Source: Dehalococcoidia bacterium
GTDB lineage: Bacteria > Chloroflexota > Dehalococcoidia > Lucifugimonadales > UBA1123
DNA: 64,000 bases
Assembly (NCBI GenBank): GCA_965197685.1
Contig: CBDANP010000006.1
Span: forward strand, 345,344-409,343
Direction of reading: 5' to 3'
The notes beneath the pieces are model-generated. The model had not been told where the DNA came from and made no database searches. It was given only the letters and a program-made list of their open reading frames with translations. Below, piece after piece: positions 48,239 through 57,339 of this stretch. The position numbers and the translations under genes are program-made. Numbering within the stretch: position 1 is the first letter of the stretch; each line of letters starts with the position of its first letter.

Positions 48239-49755
48239 GTAATTGATTAGCGGGTTGGGGATGGAGAAGGATTCAGAGGGAACGGCTGGGTACAGGAGCG
48301 CCCCTGAAGACGTCACAGACCGCATCCAGCAGCAGCGCCTCGTCGTCAACCGTCCGAGCCAGCGTCTTGATCACACTCGAGAACGCTGAGAACGCCTCAG
48401 CCCCTTCGTCGTTCTTCGAGCAGTGAGATACCTTCCGAGCTATCACAGCCCCACGCAGAGCCCGCTCAGCGCGATTGTTGGTCGGCTCTACGTTGGGGTC
48501 ATCCAGAAAGCGCAGCAGGTTGCCGCGGTCGTTGTGCCTACCGAGTTCATTCAGAAGTCTCTGATTGTCCGGGTTCGGCATCGGACGTTCGCGCAGATGA
48601 TGGGATACCTCTCGTTTCAACCGCTCAGACTCGGCGACAAAGTTAGACGCCGCACCGCGCCGTTCCGACTCCCGCAGCTCAATCGCCTCTCTCAGCAGTT
48701 CCATTAGACGCTTGCCAAAGCTTCGTCCTCTGCCCACCTTGGTCTCAAGAGCCTCACTGATAGAGCGCAGGATATGCGCCATACACTTCTGCTGTTTCAC
48801 ACCGGACAGAGTACGGGAGTCATAGCTCCGGCTCCTGTCCGCAACCATCACTCCACCATAGTCGGTGGGAATCAACTCTCTGACTTCCTCGTTGCGGTGG
48901 CGAGAGCGTACCCGGTACACGGTCGTCTCATCGGTCTCGAACGCCATCAGGAAAGCAGACTCTCCGCCCACACGCCAGCCCGTGTCGTCGGTGTGGACGA
49001 ACGCGCTTGAGCGCACCGAATCGCGCAGCCTGCGGTAGGCGTCACCCACCTCTCCCTTCGCGCGGCGCAGTGCGTCCTGCGTGATCGCGCTCTGGCTTAT
49101 CCTCACTCCGCTCAGAGTCCTGAGTATGGAGGGGATCTTCCTCACCGGAACGCCCGCGCTGTGGTGCAGTACATGGGCCGCCGCCATCACCCGCTTGCCC
49201 ACTCGATGGGCGCTCGCGCCGTACTGGTCAGGGGCTACATCCCTATGACCACCGCGAACCCGCTTTCCACACGACTGACACCGGCATATCTGTACCCTGT
49301 ATCCCTTCACATCGGGCCTGGGCATCGGGGGAATGTCGGTCACATAGGCGAAGCTCACTCCCTCATATTCGAGTCTGCCCCCACATCCCGGGCAACTGTC
49401 CCCGGCTACCGACACGTCAATGATCGGTTCCGTCAGGTCACCATGGGAAGGAGGCTTTCGGTAGCTGAACGATCCCCTGCCCGGCTTTCGGCCCGGACGT
49501 TTGGGCTTTGCGGTTCGTGTGCCCTTGGAGAACGGAGCGGCTTGGCGCTTTCCCGCTCGCTGAGCCTCGACGAGTCGCTTCTGCAACTCCCTGATCGTCG
49601 CCAACTGTCGAGCGTTCCGGTCTTGCAGTCGGTTGACCTGGACAAGAAGGTCGCCATGCTGGCAGGGTGGGAGGTCTTTGCCTGAACATATGGCCGCAGT
49701 ATAAGAATATGTTCAGAGAACCGCAATCCCCAAGCCGACGCCGCTAATCAATTAC
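48239..49755 (-). mobile_element. IS66-family element, copy 1 (1517 bp)
   Basis: Terminal repeats GTAATTGATTAGCGG (48239..) / CCGCTAATCAATTAC (..49755). 8-bp target duplication AGTTCGAC at 48231..48238 and 49756..49763. Confidence 0.9.
48273..49604 (-). CDS. IS66-family transposase (single-ORF type)
   Basis: Leucine-zipper-like N-terminus, zinc finger CPGCGG...CRCQSCGK, DDE core FVHTDDTGWRV...VMVADRSRSY...KCMAHILR. TTG start as called by the ORF track. Confidence 0.85.
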   Translation of the reverse strand: MATIRELQKRLVEAQRAGKRQAAPFSKGTRTAKPKRPGRKPGRGSFSYRKPPSHGDLTEPIIDVSVAGDSCPGCGGRLEYEGVSFAYVTDIPPMPRPDVKGYRVQICRCQSCGKRVRGGHRDVAPDQYGASAHRVGKRVMAAAHVLHHSAGVPVRKIPSILRTLSGVRISQSAITQDALRRAKGEVGDAYRRLRDSVRSSAFVHTDDTGWRVGGESAFLMAFETDETTVYRVRSRHRNEEVRELIPTDYGGVMVADRSRSYDSRTLSGVKQQKCMAHILRSISEALETKVGRGRSFGKRLMELLREAIELRESERRGAASNFVAESERLKREVSHHLRERPMPNPDNQRLLNELGRHNDRGNLLRFLDDPNVEPTNNRAERALRGAVIARKVSHCSKNDEGAEAFSAFSSVIKTLARTVDDEALLLDAVCDVFRGAPVPSRSL

Positions 49756-51422
49756 AGTTCGACCCATCATATATGGTTGATATGGGAAATTGCCGACATT
49801 CTGGGACTCCTCCAGATATTTGGAAGCCGTCCGACAGTGTTCCCCAACGGTCCTCCAGTGATATCGAAAGAACCTATCGCGGAATACTGACGCATTATGG
49901 AAACTCAAACCAGGCACGTCTGATAAGGCATTTCGACTACGAGCTGGATCACCTGCGTGAACGGAAGGGCAATACTCCAGAGAGTGCCAGATGGACACAG
50001 GGAAGGGCCGAGACTGGTTATCATCCTTTTTGGCACACAATCTCTGACGAGGTCTGTCTATCTGCCTACCTTCGTACACTCGCCTGGACTGCGTCAAAGG
50101 AAATTCTCCCCGAAGACCTTATTCTTCAGGCCGCAGCCTATGCGTCTCCTATCGATCTCGGATTGTGGGGAGTCCAGCCAACTAAGAAGCCGACTTGGTG
50201 GCCTCAGTTGACAGACGATTATGAGGTGGATGATATCGACACCCAAGTGGCTACGGTTATCGCTCAAGTGGAAAGTGCGACTAGGGCATGGGGCAACGGT
50301 GCCAACGTAATTCTTGCAGCAAGTGGATGCATTTCCCAGACGGATCTCAGGCAGTACGACCTAGATATTCGATCATGTTTCCAACGGACCGATGGCCCAC
50401 TTAGACCTACGAGCGAAGAATTATTCCAATATCTTAATTCGGTCAGTGCGTCCGTCAATCAAGATAACTCTCCTCTACGTTTCGAAGGGGTAGTGGATAC
50501 CCGTGAAGAATCGCAGTGGATGTATGACTGGTTAGTCATCCCGACTTCCGGAAGTAGTCAGCCGGTCGCTCTGATAGGTTGGCAGACGTGGCGAGGTGCC
50601 AGAAAGATCGAATGCCCATCAAACCAATTGATTGATGGCGAAATACGAGCAGTTTGCCGCGATTCCTCAATCGAGTATCAAAGTGACGACGGTTTGGTAG
50701 CACGCTGGAGTGACTGGTCCCAAGGCATATCCGCTCAGGTTGTACAGAGCACTATGTCTGCCAATGGTTGGGTGCTCACAGCTCCAAGGGAAATTGTGGA
50801 GCGATTCGCGAATCAAAACGGACTCCAACTTGCTTGGGCTTGGGAGATAACGAGCTATCTCAGAGAATACCCTTTTCAGAAATTTACGGAGTATCGAGTT
50901 CACGACGATTTTGGAGCAAATTCAGTGATACGTCCGTGGTAGTAGGGTTCACTGAAGTCAGGTTCATGTGTGGTGACCATTCATTCTTGGCAAGCAGGCA
51001 ACCGACGGTCCGACCATATGAGATTGACTTTACATAACTACTATAGGGCGAACCTTCCGTCGTTTTATGCAGCCGGCGTCTTGGGAATACCTCACCGCCT
51101 GTCTTCAGGTCCGGAGAACTTACCCTTGGCTCGGGCGCAGCTCGCGAGTCTCGCGGCAGCTGCGTCGCGTGAGATTCCCAACTGCACGGTCTGCTCCCGG
51201 GACTCACGAATTCTGATTGCCAACTTGGTCCCCCACAGCGCGTTCTACTCCAGAATATCTCATTTTCTGAGTGCCCGCTGAATGTACTGACAGAGACCCT
51301 CTTCGTTTCTTACCATAGGTAGATACAGGCACGGATGCAGCGCGCTCATCATTCGGTAGCATACCGATAGATGAGACTGAATGTTTCTCCAAAACTCCGG
51401 ATTCTATCTCGGGAGGATCGTC

Positions 51423-52304
51423 ATGGGCCAGCATAAACTGCCAGTGAAGCATCTTCAGCGATTCGCAATCAAGGATTGTCCCGACTTCATATGGCAGATC
51501 GATAAGCAGGAGTGTACTGTCAAGAAAATTCCGATTCAGGCTGTTTCTCAGGGTAAGAATCTATGGTCCGATAAAACGGAGCGGCTGCTAAACCAGACCG
51601 TCGAGGCACCGGCCAATCGACATCTCGATAAACTGGCAAACGGGATGCCAGCCGAGCGATTGGACAGCGAAGCTCGAGAGGCAATCGCCAGATATATCAG
51701 GGTAATGATTACTCGCTATCCCGAGCGTGTGAAGCGTGAGGCAGATAGATTCTTCACATCTGAGGCACTAACGGCACACCTGAACGAACACTGGCGAGCA
51801 TTGTTCAAGCCTCACCCCATCCCCGAAGTAGTGCGTGAGCATATCGAGGAAACAATCCATCGGTTTGGGGACGACCAGTTCCGGGCTGAAGTCATAGATG
51901 ATTACGACTGGGTCTGGCCCACTCAGAACAGTCCTGTCATAGCGGAGGTTCTTCGTTCTGAATGGAAGGTGTTCCAGCCTAGGAGCGAGCCATTCGTTAC
52001 TACAGATAGACCCGCTTGGGTTCCAAATGTAAACAACAGAGACACATTCGAGCTCTGGTTTCCAATCAGCTCACGCTACCTTCTCGCCGTTGGCGAGAAC
52101 ATGGCATCGTACGCGGACGAACGTCCTACCCGTTCTCACAAATACGTCGCTAAGTTCCCCGTTAAGCATTTCGAGAACGCAGACCGCTTCGTCTATTCGA
52201 GTCGTATCACCCGGAAGCAGCGGGAACTACTGGCACATTACAAGAAGGCACGCCCGCGAACTAAACGGAGGCGCCAGGAGTATCTGCAGAATAGACGACT
52301 GTGA
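51423..52304 (+). CDS. DUF4238-like protein
   Basis: Starts MGQHKLPVKHLQRFA, resembling the H-x-x-P-x-x-x-L-x-x-F opening of DUF4238. No other motif recognised. ATG 51423 preferred over 51381. Confidence 0.45.
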   Translation: MGQHKLPVKHLQRFAIKDCPDFIWQIDKQECTVKKIPIQAVSQGKNLWSDKTERLLNQTVEAPANRHLDKLANGMPAERLDSEAREAIARYIRVMITRYPERVKREADRFFTSEALTAHLNEHWRALFKPHPIPEVVREHIEETIHRFGDDQFRAEVIDDYDWVWPTQNSPVIAEVLRSEWKVFQPRSEPFVTTDRPAWVPNVNNRDTFELWFPISSRYLLAVGENMASYADERPTRSHKYVAKFPVKHFENADRFVYSSRITRKQRELLAHYKKARPRTKRRRQEYLQNRRL

Positions 52305-52770
52305 CGATTAGAGTCAGAGTCTAAACTGCCGACACTGGGGCATCGAGGGGCTGTCAAACCGACCTGCGTCGGCTCTAGGTGCGCCGTCTCCGTCGATTCC
52401 GGCGCTTCGGGGTATCCCACAGGTTATCCGACTCCAAAACCGGCCCTCTATGGGCCTATGTGAGCCACACCTTCACCGGGATCGGCGCCAAAATCGGCGT
52501 TTCCGGGCTGTATGAGCAGGATTCGGCACGGTAGCCGGCGGCGGGGATTTGTCGCTCGTGGACTTCAATTCCCGCCACTGTCGATGGTCGGACCGCCAAC
52601 TTGTCAAGATCAATGCACCCATGTTGCAGTCTGATGACGGAACTCTCCTCATCTCCAATGGCCGCAATCTTCTAGGGCAGCGAGCTCCCCGGGTTACCGA
52701 AACATCCTCTCCACCTGTGGTAGAGTGCGCGCAAGTCAGCCGCAACCCACACCGTGCGGGAGTTGACCTG

Positions 52771-53336
52771 ATGGTGATAGCAAAAAGATTCGTCGGACGC
52801 CTGGGGAGAAATCCCCCGAGTTACGCCTTCTACACAAGCGACAACCTCCCCATCCTGCGCGGCATCTACGCCAATCCCCTCCGCTACACCGGCGAGCTCG
52901 AGGTGGGCGGCAAGGAATCCTACGAGAAGACAGAGGCAGGCTGGGACACGAATGCAAAGCATCTGGACGAGATCAAGGCCCGACGCCCTGATGCGTTACC
53001 TGTCATAAAAATCGCCGGGAGTCTGTACGGCGACTCAGGCGCCGGATACCTCACGTTCATGGCCGTACGTCTGCTGGAGATGGAGCGCGTGATGAAGCGT
53101 GGCGGAAGCATTTACCTGCATTGCGATACGCGCATTTCCCATCTTCTCAGGATGATGATGGATGCGGTGTTTGGGCCGGAGAACTTCAAGAACGAGTTGG
53201 TCCTCGGAGTGCCGGCGAGGCGCGCCGGTGGCCGCAGATGGCCCCTGGCCCATGAGACCGTGCTGTTCTACACAGGACCCGCTTGGCATCGCTGGAAGAG
53301 AATTCTACTGCCGCGCGAGATTTTCAAATGGCATCT
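52771..53336 (+). pseudogene. N4/N6 DNA methyltransferase fragment with degenerate motif IV, 3'-truncated at an IS boundary
   Basis: YLTFMAVRLLEMERVMKRGGSIYLHCDTRISHLLRMMMDAVFGPENFKNELV...HETVLFY matches the central block of DPPY-type MTases. Where IDPPF(N) is expected the sequence reads ANPLRY. The ORF runs into IS701-like sequence. Confidence 0.5.
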
Positions 53337-53354
53337 CTACTCGACTTTGTACAT

Positions 53355-53692
53355 TCAAGCTGCATAGGCTAGCGATTCTATGAACCTGTTGAACAGGAGA
53401 GTCGGGATTTGTTGCATATCGGGTTTTTGCGACGACGTGCAGAAAGTCGCTGAAGCGCTCCACAGGTGACGACGAACCAGGGCTATGGCGTCAACGAAAG
53501 TCGGCTCAGTCTTGGCATACCAGGCGGCTGATCGTGGAGTCCCCAGACATTGATTGCCCAGCAGGTGGGCTGCGAGAGTTATCCAGGAGAACAGTCCCAA
53601 CAGCACAGGAGTGGTCCGGGCTATGGCACGATCCGACCACTGTCGTTGAGTCTCCACTCCAAGGTGGGCGCGTGCCTCCTGGAAAGTAACTT
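53355..53692 (-). pseudogene. IS701-like transposase, C-terminal fragment
   Basis: (V)TFQEARAHLGVETQRQWSDRAIARTTPVLLGLFSWITL... Continues exactly from ...WRIEV on the other side of the IS982-like insertion. Confidence 0.7.
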
Positions 53693-53713
53693 ACCCGATG
53701 TGCGGGTTTAGAT

Positions 53714-54601
53714 TCAGTTTACCAGCTTAGATATTTGCAAAGGAGGATTGCCCCGAGCCTGGTTCAACATGAAGGCCATGGTATGGCTGAGCGTTTTTCT
53801 GAGCAACCGATTGCTCAGATGCCACATATCCCTGGCCCACACACGCTTGATCAGGTAGCGATCCACCAGTTGACCGAACACCGTCTCTATCCTATATCGG
53901 AAGCGACTGAGCATCGCGCTTCTGCGCGGCCAGGGTTCGGTGGAAGCCCTTTTGAACTGCGCCTGAAGGTTCAGATTCTGATGGGCCAGTTCCTCTTTGA
54001 GCCGTGGACTCCAGTAGTTTCGGTCTCCCAATATGGTTCCCGCCCGTCCATTGACCAACTCGGCAACCATAGCGGTCTCATGGACTTGTGCGGGGGCTAT
54101 GCCGAAGCTGACGATGACACCCGGCCACGCCACTAGCGCGTGCAGGCGAAAGCCGTAGAAGGTCTGGCGCGCAACGGTATCGTGTCCGAAGCCAGCCTCA
54201 CCTCTGAACCTTTGGCATCTGTATGCGCGAGCGAATTGACAGACAGGAACAGCGAAACTGTCAACCAGTTTCAGAGATGGGTCATGTCTGATCTGTTCGA
54301 TCAGACTCTGCCATATCATCTCCTTGACGCGCCACAGATTGGCTGCCTGTCTGACGAACGTGGTGCGATGTATCTTTCCCATTACAGGGAACAAGTGTGT
54401 GTAGTGTCTGCGGAAGTAGTCATAGATGGCCTTGTCCTGGTTCAGGGACAGATACTCTCCCACTATCTCCATGGTGAGAGTCTCGCTGTCAGAGAGCGCG
54501 GGCTGCGGCCCTCTCTGTCTGAGGCGTGTGTTTTCGAGAAGCTGTTTCATGGTGTCGTCAATTATGCAGAAAGCGGTTATGATGAAATCGTCCAGGTCCA
54601 T
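53714..54601 (-). CDS. IS982-family DDE transposase
   Basis: MDLDDFIITAFCIIDDTMKQLL...LSDSETLTMEIVGEYL...LVDSFAVPVC...GYRLHALV...ILGDRNYWS...IETVFGQL. ATG 54601 preferred over the ORF-track start 54691. Confidence 0.8.
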   Translation of the reverse strand: MDLDDFIITAFCIIDDTMKQLLENTRLRQRGPQPALSDSETLTMEIVGEYLSLNQDKAIYDYFRRHYTHLFPVMGKIHRTTFVRQAANLWRVKEMIWQSLIEQIRHDPSLKLVDSFAVPVCQFARAYRCQRFRGEAGFGHDTVARQTFYGFRLHALVAWPGVIVSFGIAPAQVHETAMVAELVNGRAGTILGDRNYWSPRLKEELAHQNLNLQAQFKRASTEPWPRRSAMLSRFRYRIETVFGQLVDRYLIKRVWARDMWHLSNRLLRKTLSHTMAFMLNQARGNPPLQISKLVN

Positions 54602-54641
54602 GGCGTCCTCCTTGGAGTTTGATGCAACCCCATTACAGACG

Positions 54642-54776
54642 CAGGGTCTTTCGGTTATTTGCGAATCGGAAAGCCCGCGCCTATATGTCATTCCCGCACT
54701 CCACCACCGTCATTCCCGCGAAAGCGGGAATCCAGTGGTCATTGAACCGGCGAATCTGGATAACCGAAAGACCCTG
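54642..54776. mobile_element. 135-bp MITE with ISAs1-type termini
   Basis: Ends CAGGGTCTTTCGGTTATTT / GGATAACCGAAAGACCCTG, nearly identical to the IRs of the full-length ISAs1-like element at 57340..58530. 10-bp target duplication ATTACAGACG (54632..54641 and 54777..54786). Internal hairpin ATTCCCGC-GAAA-GCGGGAAT. Confidence 0.85.
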
Positions 54777-54903
54777 ATTACAGACGCTATCACCTGGACT
54801 TTCAACCGCTTCTATCATTCGTACAAAACTTGTACACCGGGTTAACTTCAATCCGCCAGCGCAGCGCGAACCAATGGATGACCTGAACAGGGTCAACCGT
54901 GGT

Positions 54904-56420
54904 GTAATTGATTAGCGGCGTCGGCTTGGGGATTGCGGTTCTCTGAACATATTCTTATACTGCGGCCATGTGTTCAGGCAAAGACCTCCCACCCTGCCAG
55001 CATGGCGACCTTCTTGTCCAGGTCAACCGACTGCAAGACCGGAACGCTCGACAGTTGGCGACGATCAGGGAGTTGCAGAAGCGACTCGTCGAGGCTCAGC
55101 GAGCGGGAAAGCGCCAAGCCGCTCCGTTCTCCAAGGGCACACGAACCGCAAAGCCCAAACGTCCGGGCCGAAAGCCGGGCAGGGGATCGTTCAGCTACCG
55201 AAAGCCTCCTTCCCATGGGGACCTGACGGAACCGATCATTGACGTGTCGGTAGCCGGGGACAGTTGCCCGGGATGTGGGGGCAGACTCGAATATGAGGGA
55301 GTGAGCTTCGCCTATGTGACCGACATTCCCCCGATGCCCAGGCCCGATGTGAAGGGATACAGGGTACAGATATGCCGGTGTCAGTCGTGTGGAAAGCGGG
55401 TTCGCGGCCGTCATAGGGATGTAGCCTTTGACCAATATGGCGCGAGCGCCCATCGAGTGGGCAAGCGGGTGATGGCGGCGGCCCATGTACTGCACCACAG
55501 CGCGGGCGTTCCGGTGAGGAAGGTTCCCTCCATACTCAGGACTCTGAGCGGAGTGAGGATAAGCCAGAGCGCGATCACGCAGGACGCACTGCGCCGCGCG
55601 AAGGGAGAGGTGGGTGACGCCTACCGCAGGCTGCGCGATTCGGTGCGCTCAAGCGCGTTCGTCCACACCGACGACACGGGCTGGCGTGTGGGCGGAGAGT
55701 CTGCTTTCCTGATGGCGTTCGAGACCGATGAGACGACCGTGTACCGGGTACGCTCTCGCCACCGCAACGAGGAAGTCAGAGAGTTGATTCCCACCGACTA
55801 TGGCGGAGTGATGGTTGCGGACAGGAGCCGGAGCTATGACTCCCGTACTCTGTCCGGTGTGAAACAGCAGAAGTGTATGGCGCATATCCTGCGCTCTATC
55901 AGTGAGGCTCTTGAGACCAAGGTGGGCAGAGGACGAAGCTTTGGCAAGCGTCTAATGGAACTGCTGAGAGAGGCGATTGAGCTGCGGGAGTCGGAACGGC
56001 GCGGTGCGGCGTCTAACTTTGTCGCCGAGTCTGAGCGGTTGAAACGAGAGGTATCCCATCATCTGCGCGAACGTCCGATGCCGAACCCGGACAATCAGAG
56101 ACTTCTGAATGAACTCGGTAGGCACAACGACCGCGGCAACCTGCTGCGCTTTCTGGATGACCCCAACGTAGAGCCGACCAACAATCGCGCTGAGCGGGCT
56201 CTGCGTGGGGCTGTGATAGCTCGGAAGGTGTCTCACTGCTCGAAGAACGACGAAGGGGCTGAGGCGTTCTCAGCGTTCTCGAGTGTGATCAAGACGCTGG
56301 CTCGGACGGTTGACGACGAGGCGCTGCTGCTGGATGCGGTCTGTGACGTCTTCAGGGGCGCTCCTGTACCCAGCCGTTCCCTCTGAATCCTTCTCCATCC
56401 CCAACCCGCTAATCAATTAC
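54904..56420 (+). mobile_element. IS66-family element, copy 2 (1517 bp)
   Basis: Same termini as copy 1. 8-bp target duplication ACCGTGGT at 54896..54903 and 56421..56428. Inserted in the IS701-like transposase gene. Confidence 0.9.
54968..56386 (+). CDS. IS66-family transposase
   Basis: Differs from copy 1 at three residues by eye (G/R, P/F, I/V). This copy has an in-frame ATG at 54968 where copies 1 and 3 have ATA. The start equivalent to copies 1/3 is the TTG at 55055. Confidence 0.85.
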   Translation: MCSGKDLPPCQHGDLLVQVNRLQDRNARQLATIRELQKRLVEAQRAGKRQAAPFSKGTRTAKPKRPGRKPGRGSFSYRKPPSHGDLTEPIIDVSVAGDSCPGCGGRLEYEGVSFAYVTDIPPMPRPDVKGYRVQICRCQSCGKRVRGRHRDVAFDQYGASAHRVGKRVMAAAHVLHHSAGVPVRKVPSILRTLSGVRISQSAITQDALRRAKGEVGDAYRRLRDSVRSSAFVHTDDTGWRVGGESAFLMAFETDETTVYRVRSRHRNEEVRELIPTDYGGVMVADRSRSYDSRTLSGVKQQKCMAHILRSISEALETKVGRGRSFGKRLMELLREAIELRESERRGAASNFVAESERLKREVSHHLRERPMPNPDNQRLLNELGRHNDRGNLLRFLDDPNVEPTNNRAERALRGAVIARKVSHCSKNDEGAEAFSAFSSVIKTLARTVDDEALLLDAVCDVFRGAPVPSRSL

Positions 56421-57339
56421 ACCGTGGTCTCTGTACACAGCAGAGCCTGTGTGCGCAACTGTCCGAGAGGGTCTTGAATGAGTACCCATCGAATGGGCAC
56501 AGGGGGCTTGCCCGCATGATACCAGAGCGCTGTTTGAGAGCTGAACTCCATAGTCCGAGTAACACCGTCGTACCACGCGAGCGCCGCGCTCATCCAGCGC
56601 GTATCGGGACAGTCCAGGAGTGTCCTGAGTGTGGGCAGACGCTGGCCCTTGAGACGCGGACGCCCCATCTGGCCGGGCCGGCGAGGCGGAGCGGGTTTAT
56701 AGAGCGCGGCGTCGAGACGCAGTCTGGTGATGAAGGTGACAGGTCTTTGCATGGACTGACAGAAGTGGAGCAGGTCGAGGGCAGCATAGCTGCTGTCAGC
56801 GACCACCACGATGTGTCGGTTGGGCAGCCAGCGGCGCAGTTGGAGTATCATCTGTCGCGCCCAATCGGTGATCTTCTTATGGGGTTTGCCTATCCTCTGA
56901 TGGTAGCGTTCGGAGGGAGCGAGCGCTGTGATGACAGGGAGCGCCCATGTACGATGTGCCCAGGGTATGGTGGTCAGCCACATCAGGCTTATCCATCTCA
57001 GCCCACTGGCCTTGACCAGATGGGACTCGCTGGAACGAGCGGCGTCTCGGTAGATGCCTCTGGCCTTGATTCGCCTGCCCCAGCGCCGCTCAATGGTCTC
57101 GTCTATGCCGAACACCAGAGTCTCATCACGCTGTGCGAGACGCTGTACCACAAGCAGTAGCATAACCCGGCTCAGTTGAAGGGGAGAGAAGACGGCGCGG
57201 TTTAGAACGTGGTGGTACTTTGCGAAGCCTGAGTCGTCGCTGAGTCCCATGACACGGAGCGCCGAGGTGATGGTGCGCTTGCGCGGACTGAGGATGGCCC
57301 CGACGAGAAGAATCTGAGCCTTTAGCCAGGTCCTCTGCT
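56421..57339 (-). pseudogene. IS701-like transposase, central fragment
   Basis: ...GAILSPRKRTITSALRVMGLSDDSGFAKYHHVLNRAVFS...VFGIDETIERRWGRRI...IVVVADSSYAAL... Bounded by the ISAs1-like and IS66 insertions. Confidence 0.7.

Larger units (their letters stand above)
47954..50942 (+). pseudogene. 487-aa protein of unknown function, downstream partner of the Avs-like gene, interrupted by IS66 copy 1
   Basis: ATG 47954 is 4 nt after the Avs-like stop. Deleting 48239..49763 (IS plus one TSD copy) joins ...MFLKEFD to PSYMVDMGNCRHSGTPPDIW... in frame. No recognisable motif. Confidence 0.6.
53693..54842 (-). mobile_element. IS982-family element (contains a MITE)
   Basis: Imperfect terminal repeats ACCCGATGTGCGGGTTTAG / (rc) ACCCGGTGTACAAGTTTTG. 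6-bp target duplication TAACTT at 53687..53692 and 54843..54848. Excision restores the IS701-like reading frame. Confidence 0.8.
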
